Part shown: in pieces, positions 50,375 to 60,501 of the stretch
Layout: every line of letters starts with the position of its first letter
Position numbering within the stretch: position 1 is the stretch's first letter
Assembly: GCA_964291655.2 (NCBI GenBank)
Contig: OZ219802.1
Span: 992,001-1,056,000, forward strand
DNA: 64,000 nucleotides
Reading direction: 5' to 3'
Source: Chloroflexota bacterium
GTDB taxonomy: Bacteria > Chloroflexota > UBA11872 > VXOZ01
Made by a program: the position numbers and the translations under genes
The notes under the pieces: generated by a model
What the model was told of the DNA's origin: nothing
Databases searched by the model: none
The model's input: the letters and a program-made list of their open reading frames with translations, nothing else

Positions 50375-51955
50375 CTCTGTTAAATCTGCAGAGTAGGTCG
50401 AACGCACGTAGAACGAAGCCACTTAGACACCTCTGTTTTCCGAGAGCGTGATCAGTTCAATCAAGGGACAGTCAAGGCTTCCCGTAGAAACGTGTGAGGA
50501 TTGATGTCTCCCCGCTGCCGCGCTTCGCTATCATTGGTACTCCCATTAGCCGATGAGCATTCCAGCTATTCGAGAGCCCGTGAGCGCATCTGGATGCTTT
50601 GGGCTCAGGCAGTCCCGAAATTAGGGACATTCTCCCAACTCTTGCCTCGCCCGGCTCCTCTCGCCTGCCATTCTGAGGATCGCTACGACAAGCTCAGTGC
50701 AAGTATTGCGACAGAGATTCTCGTGTCGCGGGATTCTAGATCCCACGCCATTGACGAAGCCGGCGGACTCTAAACGACACTACGTTCGGCATGAACGGTA
50801 GTTCCGCTCAACGAAGGCTTCAAGTCCACATCTACTGCCACCGTGTGAAAGGAGTTTTGTCCCGCCTATCGTACGTATGCTAAACTATAACTTGGAAAGA
50901 TTGTCCTCCGTTGTGTGACCCTTTTTCTCGTTTCGCTTCCTTGTTTTTGCTTTCCTGAGTACTCCCGCTCTACACATTTTTCTTCGAATAGCCTTCTTTT
51001 TTAAAGCTTCCCTTCGTCGAGCCACCCTTGGGCAAATTTCTAAATTTACACTAAAGCAAACTATCCCAGGCAGTGTCCTAACTCAATTCTCTTCTGACTT
51101 CACTTCCTACTATGAGTCTGCCGAAGGCGTCAGCCGTAGTAGCTGCACCACTATAGAATCACTGGCGGCAGCATGCGGTTTCCCACATCCAAGCCTTCCA
51201 TCAGCATGTTCGTGGCGAGCAATCTAGCTCAACGACTCTGCTATTGCAATTTCAAGCGCAGCTATATCCGGCACCTGCAACGTCATTGGCGCTCTGTTTC
51301 CTTCAACTTAGTCAGCAAGCGACGACTCCTCAGCCCTGCCATCTGGGTAGGTAGACGAGTCGTGTGCGTGCATATCGCCATACATCCGGGCGTGCACCTG
51401 CCCCAATCTAGTCAACCCTATGGGCAACGCGCTGCGCCCCGTACCTGGAACCCATTGCAGTGTTATTTGGCAAGGATTGCACACCCACGCATACGTGCCT
51501 TGGGCCGGTTCTTTGGTTTGGCGCTCAACAGTACTGTCAATGCGAGTAGAACATGCGTGGCTGCACCGTCTCTCCAATCAACATGTGCTGATGTAGTCAC
51601 TTTCAAATACGCCGCTAGAGCGCCGCACCACAATCTCTGCATTGACATCGGCTCGGTGGCCGAACGCAATCCTGATAGAACGGGTCACGAACACCACCTA
51701 ACAGACAACCTCGCTCAGGTGTATTACAGCATGTCCGCAGCGTTGTTTCGTGTATTGACACGTAATGAAAAGTCTTCTCCGGCAGCCGTCAATTACCAGA
51801 AATATTTCTCAAACTGATGGCGCCCAATTTCGCTACCCTGGAGATTCCGGGCTCTCGCCAATCACCAATTACCCACCATCCTGTAGACCTTCCCTCAATT
51901 CACAACCGAAACCCCATACAATTTCGCACATCTCTCGCTGAGGCGAAGACGAGTA

Positions 51956-53539
51956 GTGGATAGGACACCTCCAACACCCTCGCGGCGAACACCTTTTGCC
52001 ACTGTTTTCCAATGTCTCTTAGGCATCGGGAACCGATTCATCGTGGCGGGACTGCTGACGCTTGCCTTGCTGGCTCTCCTCTGGGGACGGCTTGCTAACT
52101 CTCGGCAGCGTCTTTCCCCTGCCGGCCTGGTGTCGCTCGCTCTGATAGCCCTCTTCTGGGGACGGATGGGGGGCTATAAGCTGCGGTCCGCTATCGCTGG
52201 ATCGCTGCTCGTCGCCCTTATCGCCGTCAGCGCCGGCACGACGCTTGGCGTAGATGAGCCCTACCTTAAGGTGTCCCTGCCTGCTGGGATGGCAGAGACG
52301 CGCGATGACTTCGGTCGCTTGCGACTGGAGATACGGCCGGGAATGACCGTGACATACACTATTGATTTCGTTGGCGACCCATTGGACCACCCCAATGTCA
52401 ACTGCGGAGACTACCTGCAAGTCCACGTATTTAGTGGTGAGTGGCTGGATTACCTTGAGTTCAGCACAATCAACCATGGCTGGTATACCGATGGAAATGA
52501 CGATGGCGACTGTGATGACCCCGAGGATGGACAGTGGGACGACTTCTTTGGAACGACTGTTGCAGTTACCGTAGATGAAGACGCGGTCGGTGATATAAGC
52601 CTTGGGATTTCCTATGAGGTTGAAAGGCAGTTTTGGAGAGTGATAGCGCCGCGTACGATAGTGCGTATTAGCTTAAAGGGCGTCGAACCTCCCGACCCAA
52701 CACCGACACCCACGCTTACTTCGACACCTCCTCCCACGCCTGTTCCCGGTTCGCCCAACCCGGGCAATGGGGACACGTCCGGCAACGGTACCAACCCCGA
52801 CGGGACTACACCCGGTGGCACTACACCCGGTGGCACTACGCCTGGTGGCACTACATCCGGTACTGATACCCGCGCGCCAGGTGGCTCCGGCGCCACTCCA
52901 GGTGTAGGCTCTGATTCTCCTGATAGCTGCCCGGCTCCGGCCACGCCGACGCAGGCTGCCTACATCGGCTCCACGGACGCCGCAATAGCCAACGAATTCT
53001 TCCCCAGCAATCTCTGGGTCTTTCGAAAAGATGTCCGCAACGCCGACCTCGAATTCAGTATTGGGTGGCTGTCGGCAGACGGCCGCACATACCTGGTCGC
53101 CGGCATCATCCGCGACCCGGAGGGTCAGACCTATACCATCATCCGCCATGAGAACGACGACTGCATCGTCCGTCGCTGGATCCCGCCCTACCACTCGCTG
53201 GTGCAGTCTCTTCCCTGGGAATACATCAATGCCGAGTTCACCGTGCCGAAGAATGTGTTGGGCGCCGTGCCATTGGACCCGCTCAAACCGGTGCACAACC
53301 AGCTCATTCACCGCTTCGACGGTGAAGAAGAACGCATTTATGCTTTTGACGCGACCCTCCAGCAGTGGCGGCATGTACCGGACATAGCATCCTTCCAGGC
53401 GCTCGGTTTCTACTGGTGTGACGTAACGGCAGCAAGCGCATCCTACTACGCCCGCCTGAGCATCGGCCCCCCGCTGCCGACAACTTCCATTCCGGCCCGT
53501 GACGACTACCCCACCTGCCACACGTTTCTAGGATCCTGA
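51956..53539 (+). CDS. Putative surface protein with PT/GTTPG linker and distinct C-terminal domain
   Basis: Hydrophobic N-terminus, Asp-rich motif, 15-bp tandem repeats (~52802-52861), aromatic-rich C-domain. Confidence 0.78.
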   Translation: MDRTPPTPSRRTPFATVFQCLLGIGNRFIVAGLLTLALLALLWGRLANSRQRLSPAGLVSLALIALFWGRMGGYKLRSAIAGSLLVALIAVSAGTTLGVDEPYLKVSLPAGMAETRDDFGRLRLEIRPGMTVTYTIDFVGDPLDHPNVNCGDYLQVHVFSGEWLDYLEFSTINHGWYTDGNDDGDCDDPEDGQWDDFFGTTVAVTVDEDAVGDISLGISYEVERQFWRVIAPRTIVRISLKGVEPPDPTPTPTLTSTPPPTPVPGSPNPGNGDTSGNGTNPDGTTPGGTTPGGTTPGGTTSGTDTRAPGGSGATPGVGSDSPDSCPAPATPTQAAYIGSTDAAIANEFFPSNLWVFRKDVRNADLEFSIGWLSADGRTYLVAGIIRDPEGQTYTIIRHENDDCIVRRWIPPYHSLVQSLPWEYINAEFTVPKNVLGAVPLDPLKPVHNQLIHRFDGEEERIYAFDATLQQWRHVPDIASFQALGFYWCDVTAASASYYARLSIGPPLPTTSIPARDDYPTCHTFLGS

Positions 53540-53680
53540 GCCGTTTGGCTGCCAGCATTGCAACTGCTGCCCATTGCTGCCCTGCGCTTCAGGCTTCCTG
53601 CCAGCTACTTTCAACTGCCCTGAATACGTTGATACATTGGAGCGGACAAGCCACGCCTGGCACCAACTGGTACCACTTGG

Positions 53681-54001
53681 ATGATTGGGATTCCCTTATC
53701 AGCCACTATAGTCGTCCTCGTTAACGGCTTGTTATTCATACCCCTCGACCACCGCTTCCCCGTGGACAATATGCTCGTCCGCCGCTTCGACGGCCAAGAC
53801 GATCGCATCTTCGCGTTCGATGCTACTCTCCAGCAACGGCGTCAAATCCCGGACTGCGCTACCTTCCAGTCCTTCGACTTCTATTGGTGCGATGTCACCG
53901 CAGCCGATGCCGCCTTCGTCGACCGCATGAACGTCGGCCTGCCCTATCCACGCACCACCACATCCGCCTAGCCCACCTACCCCAACTGCCATAACGTGTG
54001 A
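53681..54001 (+). pseudogene. Orphan relic of the C-terminal domain of the upstream surface protein
   Basis: PLD..P..N...RFDG..RIFAFDATLQQ...FYWCDVTAA shared; in-frame TAG at 53969 followed by YPNCH. Confidence 0.85.
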
Positions 54002-54205
54002 GCCGCGCACGACACTGTCTTCAATTGCTGCGGGCAGTGAACAGAACCGGTAGCAATGCGGGCACAGGCGTAAAGCCTGCGCCCTCACTATTGCCGCCTC
54101 TCAGTCAGGTACGTTCGGTTTCCGGTGGTATACTGGCGGCAGGTTCTCGGATGGCGCCACCGCATCTCTCAAACCTTCCCAAACACGCGGAGTAAACTTA
54201 GACTT

Positions 54206-54676
54206 ATGTCCAGTACAGTAACCGAGCGACTCCTCAGCCTTCTGCGCGACCACGAAGTATCCTTTTCGTTCAAAGAACACGCACCGGTGAAGACCAGTCA
54301 GGAAGCGGCAGCGGTGCGCGGCACGCCTCTGCACGAGGGCGCGAAAGCCCTTGTCTTTGCCGCGGACGAAGCGATGGTGCTGGCAGTGGTGCCCGCCCAT
54401 CGACGAGTGGGCACGCGTGCTTTCAAGCGAGCGTTTGGCATCAAGAACCTGCGCATGGTCAATCCGGATGAACTGCGTGAACTGACGGGGCTGCCCGTCG
54501 GAGCGGTACCCCCGTTTGGCAGCGTCATAGATCTTCCAACCTATGTGGACCGCGGCCTGCTGGCGAATGAGCGCATCTCATTCAACGCGGGCAGCCGCAC
54601 GGCCTCGATCGTCATGGCATGCCAAGACTACATCGACGTCGAGCAACCCACCCTCGCCGATTTTGCGGCAGACTAG
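54206..54676 (+). CDS. YbaK/EbsC (aminoacyl-tRNA editing) family protein
   Basis: GAKALV, TGLPVGAVPPFG, FNAGSR. Confidence 0.88.
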   Translation: MSSTVTERLLSLLRDHEVSFSFKEHAPVKTSQEAAAVRGTPLHEGAKALVFAADEAMVLAVVPAHRRVGTRAFKRAFGIKNLRMVNPDELRELTGLPVGAVPPFGSVIDLPTYVDRGLLANERISFNAGSRTASIVMACQDYIDVEQPTLADFAAD

Positions 54677-55032
54677 CCACTCCACGCCAGGAAGATCGCT
54701 TGTTCTCAGCGGCCTTGAATCGGGAGCAGTGCGGGGGGCAAGCCCCCGCGCCGCTTTTCTCCACCTGAGCCAACCTGCTCAAACCATTGAATGGACATCT
54801 CGCCAGCCTCGACGCACGCAGTCGTGCGTCGAGAGTCCGCAGCTCACAGCGCCCTGTTTCTCTTCGGTAGCGCAGGTTTGAAACCTGCGTCAGGTGTAGA
54901 CATCACCCTCATGCCTACTGGCCATGCGAAGCGAATGCATCCGCCTGACCGGCCCGCTAAGACTTCCTCTCACACCGGCAAGAATGCGGTTTGGGGTTTG
55001 CCAGCCGGCTGGCAAACCGGCCTGCCCGCAAT

Positions 55033-58000
55033 CTACCGCAGCTCCCGTGCAGGAGAATAGGAGCCAGCTTGGGTCATCAAGCTTGCCGCCTCAGTGTAGG
55101 GCATGAAAGCTGCCACATCCTGGGGAGCGGCGGCGCTATGCGGCGGCGCCAGGAGCTTCCGCAGCGCCTGCGCGATCTGAACACTCTCAACTCGGCGCAT
55201 TTCCGCACCGCGGCTGACGGCCCCGAGCGGCGGGAATGTACATTCCCAAGTCAGGCGGTCGTCCACGGTCACAAGACTTGCTGCCAGTGTGCTGCGTTCT
55301 TCCACAACCGCACCGATCTGCTCACATATTTGCCTCGCCTCAGCCTCCTGTGCACGTTGCCCCCTCTGCTGACCGGGAGGAAGGGTGATGACTCTCACCG
55401 CGCCACGCTCCAGGAGCGCAGACGGCAGCGAGTCCAACAGGCGTTCCACCGTGGTCAGGGCCAAGTGCGGACTCCACACGGTCACATGGCGCTCTGCCGC
55501 TTGCAGGTCTTCCAAGAGAAGGCGCCAGCCGGTAGGTTTGCCGGACCGCTTGGCGTCCGCTCCTTGCGAGGGAGACGGCGCCAGCGGCATGCGTGGCAGC
55601 GCACCGGCACGTTCGCTTCGCACAAGCTCGGACGCCGAAACCGCCCACCCGGACTGCACGGCCTCTCCCAGCATGCGCCGCAAGAGCGCACGCGCGCCAA
55701 ACGTGTCGCGCACGTGCTTCCAATGGGCGACGATCATTACCCGCTGCCGCGCCTGACTGAACACGCCGCTAAAGAGGGCATACGCCTGGGAATCGGGGCG
55801 GGAATCGTCAAGAGCAGACCAAGTGAAAGTACCCGGCGTCTCCACGGTATCCAAAATCACAATGTCTGCCGCTTGCTGTGGCAGGCAGGGAGGCGCATAA
55901 ATGTCGATGCCGGCGTTGATCTCCCGGTCGCGGGCCAAGTGAAGCAAGAGGCGAGCTTGTGCAGCGTATGGCGTCACTACCGCAATGGCTGCCTCTGGTT
56001 CTGCCGTGCGGAGCCGTTCCGCGAGCGCTACCGCCGCTAGGGCCCCCCCGATGTTCATGCGCCCTTCCTGCGGAATCGCTTCACTCCACGGCTTCAATGC
56101 ACCGGTATCTACGAGCAACAATGGACTTTCCTGCCCCAGCGCCTTCTCAAGGGGCACGGTATGTCCACGAACCGGTAAGCGCCGCCGCACGCTGCGGCGC
56201 GGCCCCTGCAGTCGGCTTGGCGCCTGCACTAACAGCGATTTGCTGCCGTCCCCGGCAACGTCGAGCCAGCGCGAGACGGCTTCGGCAAACGACGGCTGAA
56301 GCGTATGGCGTTCCGAGAGGTTGACTACCCAGGCCGCAGACTGCGCCCCCAGGCCCGCCATGTATTCGACAAACGAGCGCCCCAGCCAGCGCCCGGCAAC
56401 CGTAGCTTGGGCGCAGTGCCAGGGTTGTAGCGCGGTCTCCTCGGTCGTAACTACGAGACGCGAGTGCGCGAGGCCGGCGGCCCAGAAGAGATGCGGCAGA
56501 GGAATTCTGTGGGCGTCGTCAACAAGCACGACGTCAAACGATTCAGCAGCGAGGAATTCCGCGGCGAGAGCCTGCGAGACCGTGCTCGCCACAAGTCGTG
56601 CTCTTTCACGGGTGGCGAGTCGCACGCCTTTCATACTGCCCAGAGCATTCCGGTGCTTTTCATCCACTTCACTCAGGTGTGCTTCCGTATCTGCAAGCGC
56701 CGCATCAAAACTGTCTGTGGTCAGCTCGTATTGCGCAAGCTGTTGCTGAATGCTGGCACGCAGGCGCTCCGCAGCCGCCTCATTCTCTGCGAGACGGCGC
56801 CGCGCTTCCGCAAGCCGTTGCGCAAATCCGTAGGCCTCCTGCCGCTGCCGCTCCGGATCAACGCGAAAGGTGCGCCGGCCAACGCCTGTGGGCCGCCGGG
56901 TGAGACGCCTGGCCTGCTGCCACACAAGCTCCCACCGCTCCTTCAAGTACTGCACTCCCGAGGGTTCAACAGGTCTGGAGGCCGCGGCTTCCTGCCGCGC
57001 CAGCAGCGCATCCACCTCTGCCTGCACAGCATCACGCTCCTCCGCTGCCCGCTGAGCCAGACCTACGGCCTTCTGCAGGACGCGAAGGGCTTGATTTCGC
57101 TCCGCTAGAGCCTTGCGCTCAGCCTGCAGAGCCGCCAGCTCTTGCTCAAGCTCGGCTTTGAGGTGGCTTTCAGCTCGCTCCATTGCAAGCAACGGGTAGG
57201 CGCTCTGCACAGCCGGATCTGCGCTGCAGCCGCTCCGGAGCACTTCACCGGCTGTGTAGGCGGTCCTGCTTCCGGTCTCGATCAACGTATGGAGCATTGA
57301 ATCTATCGCGCTGTTGGATGGAGCGAGCACGAGCACACGATAGCCGGCCGCTATACAGGTTGCCGCAATGCTGCTGAGCAGGTGGGTCTTCCCGGAGTTT
57401 GCCGGACCGGCAATGACCGTCAACGTTCTTTGAAGCGCCGTGTCAATCGCCTGCTGCTGTGCCTCGTCGAGCATCGTCACCGGAGCGCTTGTCGATTCTT
57501 CAAGTACCTCTTCTGCGGCTAAAGATTCACCTTCAAAGAGCGCGGCACTCAATCCTGAGCTCGTGCCTGGCTCGCTCGACTGCTCCCCGAGCGCCGCGTG
57601 GAGCCGCGCAAGCGCAACCCACGGTTGCGCCACAAGTGTGGCACGCTCGATGAAGCGTGCGGGAGCAACTGCCAGCCGCAGCGACGCGCGCAAACCTTGC
57701 ACGGCAACTATGCGGCATGGATGCACATGGCTGCCAATGTGGAGTTCGCCCGGCGTATCATCCGGGATTGGCAGCAGCGAACTCAATGAGAACGCATAGG
57801 TGTAACCGCTGTCAGTTTCTGAAGTCAGTGTGCCGGACAACACCTCTGCATGAAACGTTGCCGCTTGGGCCCTCATTGCCGCGACTTCAGCAGCCACCGC
57901 CTCTTGCAGTTCTATGGGCAGGCGCGGGGAGCTCTCTCTTGCAGTAGCAGTGTCGGGCGGGCGCACGTTCACTTTGCGATTACCGATCGAAATGTCGTCT

Positions 58001-58086
58001 ACACTACCGCCTATAATACCGCCTAACACGGGCGGCGCTCCAAATCGACCGCCAAGAGTGGCAGCCCCGGCAGGCAAGTCTGGCAA
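55033..58086 (-). CDS. DNA2/NAM7-type SF1 helicase-like protein with coiled coil and C-terminal PLD-like domain (degenerate motifs)
   Basis: LDEAQQQAI, GPANSGKT, VLAPSNSAID, FDVVLVDD, VVTPYAAQ; start uncertain. Confidence 0.75.
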   Translation of the reverse strand: MPDLPAGAATLGGRFGAPPVLGGIIGGSVDDISIGNRKVNVRPPDTATARESSPRLPIELQEAVAAEVAAMRAQAATFHAEVLSGTLTSETDSGYTYAFSLSSLLPIPDDTPGELHIGSHVHPCRIVAVQGLRASLRLAVAPARFIERATLVAQPWVALARLHAALGEQSSEPGTSSGLSAALFEGESLAAEEVLEESTSAPVTMLDEAQQQAIDTALQRTLTVIAGPANSGKTHLLSSIAATCIAAGYRVLVLAPSNSAIDSMLHTLIETGSRTAYTAGEVLRSGCSADPAVQSAYPLLAMERAESHLKAELEQELAALQAERKALAERNQALRVLQKAVGLAQRAAEERDAVQAEVDALLARQEAAASRPVEPSGVQYLKERWELVWQQARRLTRRPTGVGRRTFRVDPERQRQEAYGFAQRLAEARRRLAENEAAAERLRASIQQQLAQYELTTDSFDAALADTEAHLSEVDEKHRNALGSMKGVRLATRERARLVASTVSQALAAEFLAAESFDVVLVDDAHRIPLPHLFWAAGLAHSRLVVTTEETALQPWHCAQATVAGRWLGRSFVEYMAGLGAQSAAWVVNLSERHTLQPSFAEAVSRWLDVAGDGSKSLLVQAPSRLQGPRRSVRRRLPVRGHTVPLEKALGQESPLLLVDTGALKPWSEAIPQEGRMNIGGALAAVALAERLRTAEPEAAIAVVTPYAAQARLLLHLARDREINAGIDIYAPPCLPQQAADIVILDTVETPGTFTWSALDDSRPDSQAYALFSGVFSQARQRVMIVAHWKHVRDTFGARALLRRMLGEAVQSGWAVSASELVRSERAGALPRMPLAPSPSQGADAKRSGKPTGWRLLLEDLQAAERHVTVWSPHLALTTVERLLDSLPSALLERGAVRVITLPPGQQRGQRAQEAEARQICEQIGAVVEERSTLAASLVTVDDRLTWECTFPPLGAVSRGAEMRRVESVQIAQALRKLLAPPHSAAAPQDVAAFMPYTEAASLMTQAGSYSPARELR

Positions 58087-58259
58087 GTTGGCAATTGGCT
58101 ACGAGGTTAGTAGCATTGAAGAGAATCATGCTAACCAGTCTTCGGAATAGGCCGCACGCCTCATGAGATGACGCAAGGAACGCATTCTACTGTCGTTGCA
58201 GTCGTGTAGCTAAGACTAGCAAATCTTACAGAGTCATCGCGGTAAAAGGGAAGCAGCCC

Positions 58260-60335
58260 ATGGCAGAAGCAAGCCCAAAACGAATACTCATCGACAATCA
58301 TCTTGGCCCCTACGGCGCACACACGCTCTCACAGGTGGATCCCGCCGCGCAGATGGCGGCGTTGGGCGACATCGGCACGGACGGAGTGTTGCTGCAAGCC
58401 AAATGCCATTGGGGTCACGCTTACTATGATTCTGCCATCGGCAAGCGGCATCCGGCCCTCGACTTCGACCTGATCGCGGCCCAGGTTAACGCTGCGCGCG
58501 AGCATGGTATCGATCCGGCGCTCTATTACTCGGTGCGCTGGGACGAGCACGCCTATCGGTCCCATCCTGAATGGCGCAGCCACGATGCAGATGGCAACCC
58601 TCAGCCCGGCCCGCACACGCGCTGGCGCTGGCTCTGCCTCAACTCGCCCTACCGCGACTACACCTACGCCATGCTCGACGAGTTGCTTTCACAATACACG
58701 TTTTCACGGCTCTTCTTGGACATCGTCCACTACCGGATGCTCTGTTTCTGCGATCACTGCCGGCAAGCCTGGGGAGAATTCTTTGGGGAACCCTTTCCCG
58801 AGGTGCCAACGCCTCCTTCCGGCTCTCAGCGCCGATCTAGAAGAGGGCGCGGCGCGCGCGGACATCGCCGTCGCTTTGCGCTGGAGCACCGGGCGCGCCT
58901 CGCCGCTTTTGGCAATCACGTAGTTGAAACGTATCTCGCAGGGGTTAAGGAGCGCATCCAAGCCAGCGGCAAAGACATTCAGCTCACCCATAACGCCTTT
59001 TGGCCGTACACGCACGACGACTACCTCTTTGGCGAATCCGATGCCACCGGCGCCAACTTCTTTGCACCCGCCATGCAGACGCACCGCCTGCGGGCAGTGG
59101 CGAAGGGGCGACCCGTCGAAATCGCCTTCTGCTGGGACAACGTCATGTACGCGGGGGTCAGCGAAAGCCAGCTAACGTACCAGGCCGCCAGCGCGCTCAG
59201 CGCCGGTGCAAATGCAACAATCATCTGGGGCGCGCCGGATACGCGTACGGGTTTCTTCGGCGAACCGGTGCTCAACAAAGTTGCCACGACATTCAAGAAG
59301 ATCGGGCCGCTCGCGGACGAGCGTGCACGAGCAACAGCGTACGCGGAAGTCGGCCTGCTCTTTTCTGATGAGCAGGTGGCGATCGGGAACGTGCCAACCG
59401 TACAGGGCTTCAGCCGCGACACGGCCGGCGCGTACAAGTACCTTACCGAACAGCACTTTCCCCTCCGGCTGCTCTGCGATGACGTGCTGGAGGCATCCGA
59501 TCTCGCCGGCTTGAAAGCAGTCATCGTCGCCCATCCGGGCGATCTCCGGCCGGAATCGCTGCCAATCCTGCGGGAATTCGTGGAAGGCGGCGGCCGGATG
59601 CTCGTCACCGGCGCGAACAACCTGCAGCGCGAACTCGGCATCATCCTTGCCGAGCGAAAAGACCATCGCGGCAGGAGGCAGGACGGTTGGTTTATCCACG
59701 CGCCTGAGGCGTGGCAGATTCCCGACTGGGAGTTGGCATGTTCCCTCGGCCACTGGCCGCTGCGGAATTTTCCCGGCTTTGGAGAGCTTGCGTATTCTCT
59801 AAAACCCGTTGTTGAGCCCCATGGCGAGGTGTGGGACAGCCACGGCACGCGCTGGAGCACGGAGACCGGCATGCCGGCGGTGGTCTTTGGGCGTATGGGC
59901 GCGGGCCAAATCGCCTACTGCAACCATGAGCCATTCGCTGAATACATGGTGCGGGGCGCGCGAGCCTTTGGACGCATGGCAATGCGGATACTGCAATTCA
60001 TCGGCTATGCCGCCGACCTGCGACTGCAAGGCGTGCCCAACGTTGAAGCCACCTACACCAAAGACGGCAACGAACTCAAGCTCTTTCTCGTCAACTGTCC
60101 CGTGACACGGCCCCTCGGCGATGGCGTTGGCCGCGGCCGGCGCGCCGGAGCCTGGGTCGACATACCGGAAGCGGTGCCGTTAGCCGACGTAACCATCAAG
60201 ACTGCGCTTGAGGTCAGCGCGGCAACCGCCGCCAGCGGCCAATCGGTGCACGTTGAGCGCAATGGCAAGCACACGTTCGTTACGCTGCCGCGCTTGGTAG
60301 AGATCGACGTCGTGTCACTGCAGATTGCTGAATAA
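58260..60335 (+). CDS. GHL6/alpha-fucosidase-like glycoside hydrolase with glutamine amidotransferase-like trimerisation domain
   Basis: AKCHWGHAYYDS, YYSVRWD, LCLNSPY, FLDI, CFCDHC, LREFVEGGG. Confidence 0.78.
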   Translation: MAEASPKRILIDNHLGPYGAHTLSQVDPAAQMAALGDIGTDGVLLQAKCHWGHAYYDSAIGKRHPALDFDLIAAQVNAAREHGIDPALYYSVRWDEHAYRSHPEWRSHDADGNPQPGPHTRWRWLCLNSPYRDYTYAMLDELLSQYTFSRLFLDIVHYRMLCFCDHCRQAWGEFFGEPFPEVPTPPSGSQRRSRRGRGARGHRRRFALEHRARLAAFGNHVVETYLAGVKERIQASGKDIQLTHNAFWPYTHDDYLFGESDATGANFFAPAMQTHRLRAVAKGRPVEIAFCWDNVMYAGVSESQLTYQAASALSAGANATIIWGAPDTRTGFFGEPVLNKVATTFKKIGPLADERARATAYAEVGLLFSDEQVAIGNVPTVQGFSRDTAGAYKYLTEQHFPLRLLCDDVLEASDLAGLKAVIVAHPGDLRPESLPILREFVEGGGRMLVTGANNLQRELGIILAERKDHRGRRQDGWFIHAPEAWQIPDWELACSLGHWPLRNFPGFGELAYSLKPVVEPHGEVWDSHGTRWSTETGMPAVVFGRMGAGQIAYCNHEPFAEYMVRGARAFGRMAMRILQFIGYAADLRLQGVPNVEATYTKDGNELKLFLVNCPVTRPLGDGVGRGRRAGAWVDIPEAVPLADVTIKTALEVSAATAASGQSVHVERNGKHTFVTLPRLVEIDVVSLQIAE

Positions 60336-60501
60336 CGAGACTATGAGCGCCGGAGACTAACTGATGGCCGCACTAACGTCTCGGTGAGGCAGCGCATTAT
60401 GAAGAAAAACGCAAGTCGGCATTAGCTGCGATCGAAGGCCGGCGAGCGGGCGCGCAACCGGTAGCGCAGATTTGAATCTTGCGCCTACGGCACCACAGGC
60501 T

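Noticed and set aside
51173-51817. 214-aa ORF in the low-GC gap
   Set aside because: Atypical composition, no SD or motif.
53969-53971. In-frame TAG as possible pyrrolysine/readthrough codon
   Set aside because: Fragment lacks an intact 5' part; a simple nonsense mutation in a relic is more likely.
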